DNA of 64,000 nucleotides from Giardia intestinalis (Eukaryota): NCBI GenBank assembly GCA_000002435.2, contig CM018789.1; one strand, 5' to 3'. Shown piece by piece: positions 61,601 to 64,000 of this stretch (position 1 is its first letter; each line of letters starts with the position of its first letter). The notes under the pieces were generated by a model. It saw only the letters and a program-made list of their open reading frames with translations, ran no database searches and was not told where the DNA came from. The position numbers and the translations under genes were made by a program.

Positions 61601-63151
61601 CCATCTGATGGAAGATGATATCAATCTCGTCAGTTGTCTACAACGTACACCAGTCAAATCTTATAGATGGACAGGGACCACCCAGCCCACAACACTAGAC
61701 ATTACCAGATATCTTTTAAGACAAGGAGGAGCGACTGGTAGACCACAGCAGTCGTCTGCTCATTGGAAACCTTCCAGTAACTGACTTAGGCCAGCTTCCT
61801 ACAAGATTCTTGGCGAGTTGTATCAGAAACGCATGCTTATGGGACTCCCAGCTCAAGGTGTATGGTGCTGGATCGCACTTTCCATACCAGTCTGTGTACA
61901 GCGGTGCTCTGGCCTCTAGCGGAGCTATAGAAGATCGCAGGATATGATGCCCTCAATAGGGTTTGTCTGATTCCTATAGCTATATGATAGGAGGATGCCG
62001 GCCTTCTATGCATTATGTAACGCGTGCTAAGCAACACCAGTACAAGTCCTGCAATGTGGCATGATTCGTGAGTCAAGAGGTAGGACGCTTGGGCTGATCG
62101 GCGTGTCTCCTCGGGACCAACTATAGCTCGGACCAAGGGTCATGAGCGAATGCTATTCGATTCCCTTATCAGCAGATGGGGGGATCAACTGCTCTAGTAC
62201 TCACAGGAGGCTATAAAGGATGCTGGACTAATACAGTCTCCCTGGATCCCTGTTCCTTCTACTACAGACATCCACATGTAGGAAGCTCTGAGGACCTAGA
62301 GCCCTACACTAACAGGTTCAAGGTACTGCACTCCTAGGTGCTTCCATTAGTGGTGGTAGTGATAGCACCAGGATGATCCAGAGGGGAGGATAAGAGTCCT
62401 GATCCATCAGCTCAGGGGGTGGCACAGCTTGGGCAGGGTTTCCTCCTTGTCTAAATTTAGGATTGCTGGCCTACGCCCTCTGACCATCTGACACCTTATC
62501 ATGTGATGTGGAACCTTAAAGTATCCACTACAAAAAGCCAGAAATAGCGCCATGCACACCCAACAAACCAGAGCGTCTCATAGGCCAATCTACACTGATT
62601 CACACATCTATGGACCTTAGCGACTGCTGCGATCTTCTCTTGGGATCTTGTAGGGGTCTATCCTTGAGTGCGGCTCCCCCACGACAGCTAGGAATCGCAG
62701 ACATAATCCAAAAGGATGAGAATACTACAGAGGCGGAGAAGAGATCATCGGCGCACGGGGGTCCACAGGGGCTCGATCCGCGCAGGGGAGGCACAGGGAG
62801 CTGGCTCATCAGGGACGCAGAGACATTAGGAGAGGAACCAGCAGTGGGCCCATAACGCAGGGAGGACGCCCGGGCCGCCCTTTGATTAGCTACAGGGTAG
62901 GGGAGTAGCAGACACGCAAGACAGCATCGCTACTTATTTTTGAATTTTCTGTTTCCCTGCGTGTTGTGCAAGAATCCGTGGTGGGCGGCAAACTATATGT
63001 AGTAGATGCTTTCAGCATTAACAACTATCGCTTGTACAACGATATTATAAAAAAGGAAGATCTCTAAGTTAGTAGCATAGTAATAACCAGATGAATCTTT
63101 TTAGCTTTAAGTACCTTTACTAACAGGACTCTTACCCTATAATAAGCTGAG

Positions 63152-64000
63152 GGAAACTTCAATGTTGTTGATAGCCTTCTATCTTATATTATCTACATTT
63201 GCAGTAGATTGCAAGAATAGTGGAAATAGTTGTGAAGCTGGCCAATGTGATACGATTGGCGATACTGAAATCTGTATGCAATGTAATCAAGGGAAAGTAC
63301 CCATCAATGGAATATGTACAGCCCATAGTGAAGAAGCAGTCACTAACGCTGGTTGTAAGAAGAACGGGGGTACTAATATAGAAGAAAGTGATAAGGTATG
63401 TGGACAATGTGGAAATGGCTACTTCCTGCACAAAGGCGGATGCTATAAGATAGGAGAGGCTCCTGGCAATCTCATCTGTGCGGATGAGGCGTCAAATCCT
63501 GGTGCACGTACTGCAGGGGTGTGTGGTGCTTGCAAGGATGGCTATTATAAGAATTCGGATGCTGTTGCAACTGCAGACTCCTGTATAGCATGTGAAGATG
63601 CCAACTGTGCCACATGTGGAGGAGCTGGTGAAAACAAATGTACAAAATGTATAGACGGATACTTTGTTGGAGCAACTGGAAATGAAGGTGGGTGCATAAA
63701 ATGTGACGCTACCACAGGGCCTAATAGCTACAAAGGAGTTGCTGGATGTGCTAAATGTGAAAAGCCAAAGAACGCTGGTCCTGCAAAGTGCATTGAATGT
63801 GCTGCTGATTATTTGAAAACAGAAGCAGATGAACAAACGTCTTGCGTTAGCGAAGCCGTGTGCAGAGAAGGCAAGACGCACTTCCCCACTACTGACAGCG
63901 CTGGTGGTAACAAGAAGGTATGCGTAAGTTGTGGCACAACGAATAATGGCGGCATAGAAAACTGTGGAGAATGCACCTCTAAGGAAAGCGCTGCACGGGC
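63152..64000 (+). CDS. Third VSP-family gene, 3'-partial (runs off window end); absent from the ORF track because no stop is reached
   Basis: Hand translation: MLLIAFYLILSTFAVDCKNSGNSCEAGQCDTIGDTEICMQCNQGKVPINGICT...KGGCYKIGEAPGNLIC...CXXC repeats to position 64000 (283 codons, open). Clear paralogy to the N-terminus of VSP 18851. Shares the upstream motif 'cttaccc-tata-agctgag' with the other VSPs. Confidence 0.85.

Noticed and set aside
55650-63150. Retrotransposon remnant in the ORF desert
   Set aside because: Considered because Giardia harbours dead non-LTR elements. The short ORFs show no reverse-transcriptase (YxDD) or endonuclease motifs and no terminal repeats were seen. Left as an open possibility in findings rather than annotated.
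1-64000. Prokaryotic features (CRISPR arrays, operons, RBS, IS elements) and rRNA/tRNA genes
   Set aside because: No direct-repeat/spacer arrays, no transposase/integrase/RT-like ORFs, and no tRNA-like cloverleaf candidates were noticed by eye. Gene content and signals are eukaryotic (Giardia). The absence of tRNAs is not proven without a tRNA scanner.

Overview
Eukaryotic window, almost certainly Giardia intestinalis (lamblia). It is diagnosed by two identical variant-specific surface protein (VSP) genes with dense CXXC repeats and 'GGCY' motifs, ending in a transmembrane helix plus the invariant C-terminal pentapeptide CRGKA. Supporting signs are AGTPuAAPy polyadenylation motifs a few nucleotides after many stop codons, an ankyrin-repeat protein of the Giardia '21.1' type, and very short intergenic spacers. 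Recognisable genes: ABC ATPase (5' partial), Sec24-like COPII subunit, cyclophilin, a 2183-aa WD40 protein, a GNAT acetyltransferase, cytochrome b5, a long coiled-coil protein, an FHA-domain protein, a divergent GAPDH, a Hop2/Mnd1-like meiotic protein, ribosomal protein S5 (uS7) and an ankyrin+RING protein. The dominant structure is a ~16.3 kb palindrome. Two apparently perfect ~7.3 kb inverted-repeat arms (14065-21368 and 23080-30383, symmetry axis near 22224) each carry a VSP gene, a ~2.4 kb ORF-free VSP-upstream region, a 300-aa gene and the 3' part of a 474-aa gene. The VSPs lie tail-to-tail across a ~1.7 kb strongly T-depleted (+ strand), internally repetitive spacer. A third VSP gene begins at 63152, runs off the window end and is absent from the ORF track; it sits behind a 7.4 kb ORF desert. 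The ORF track uses GTG/TTG as starts, so several CDS starts were moved to the first in-frame ATG.
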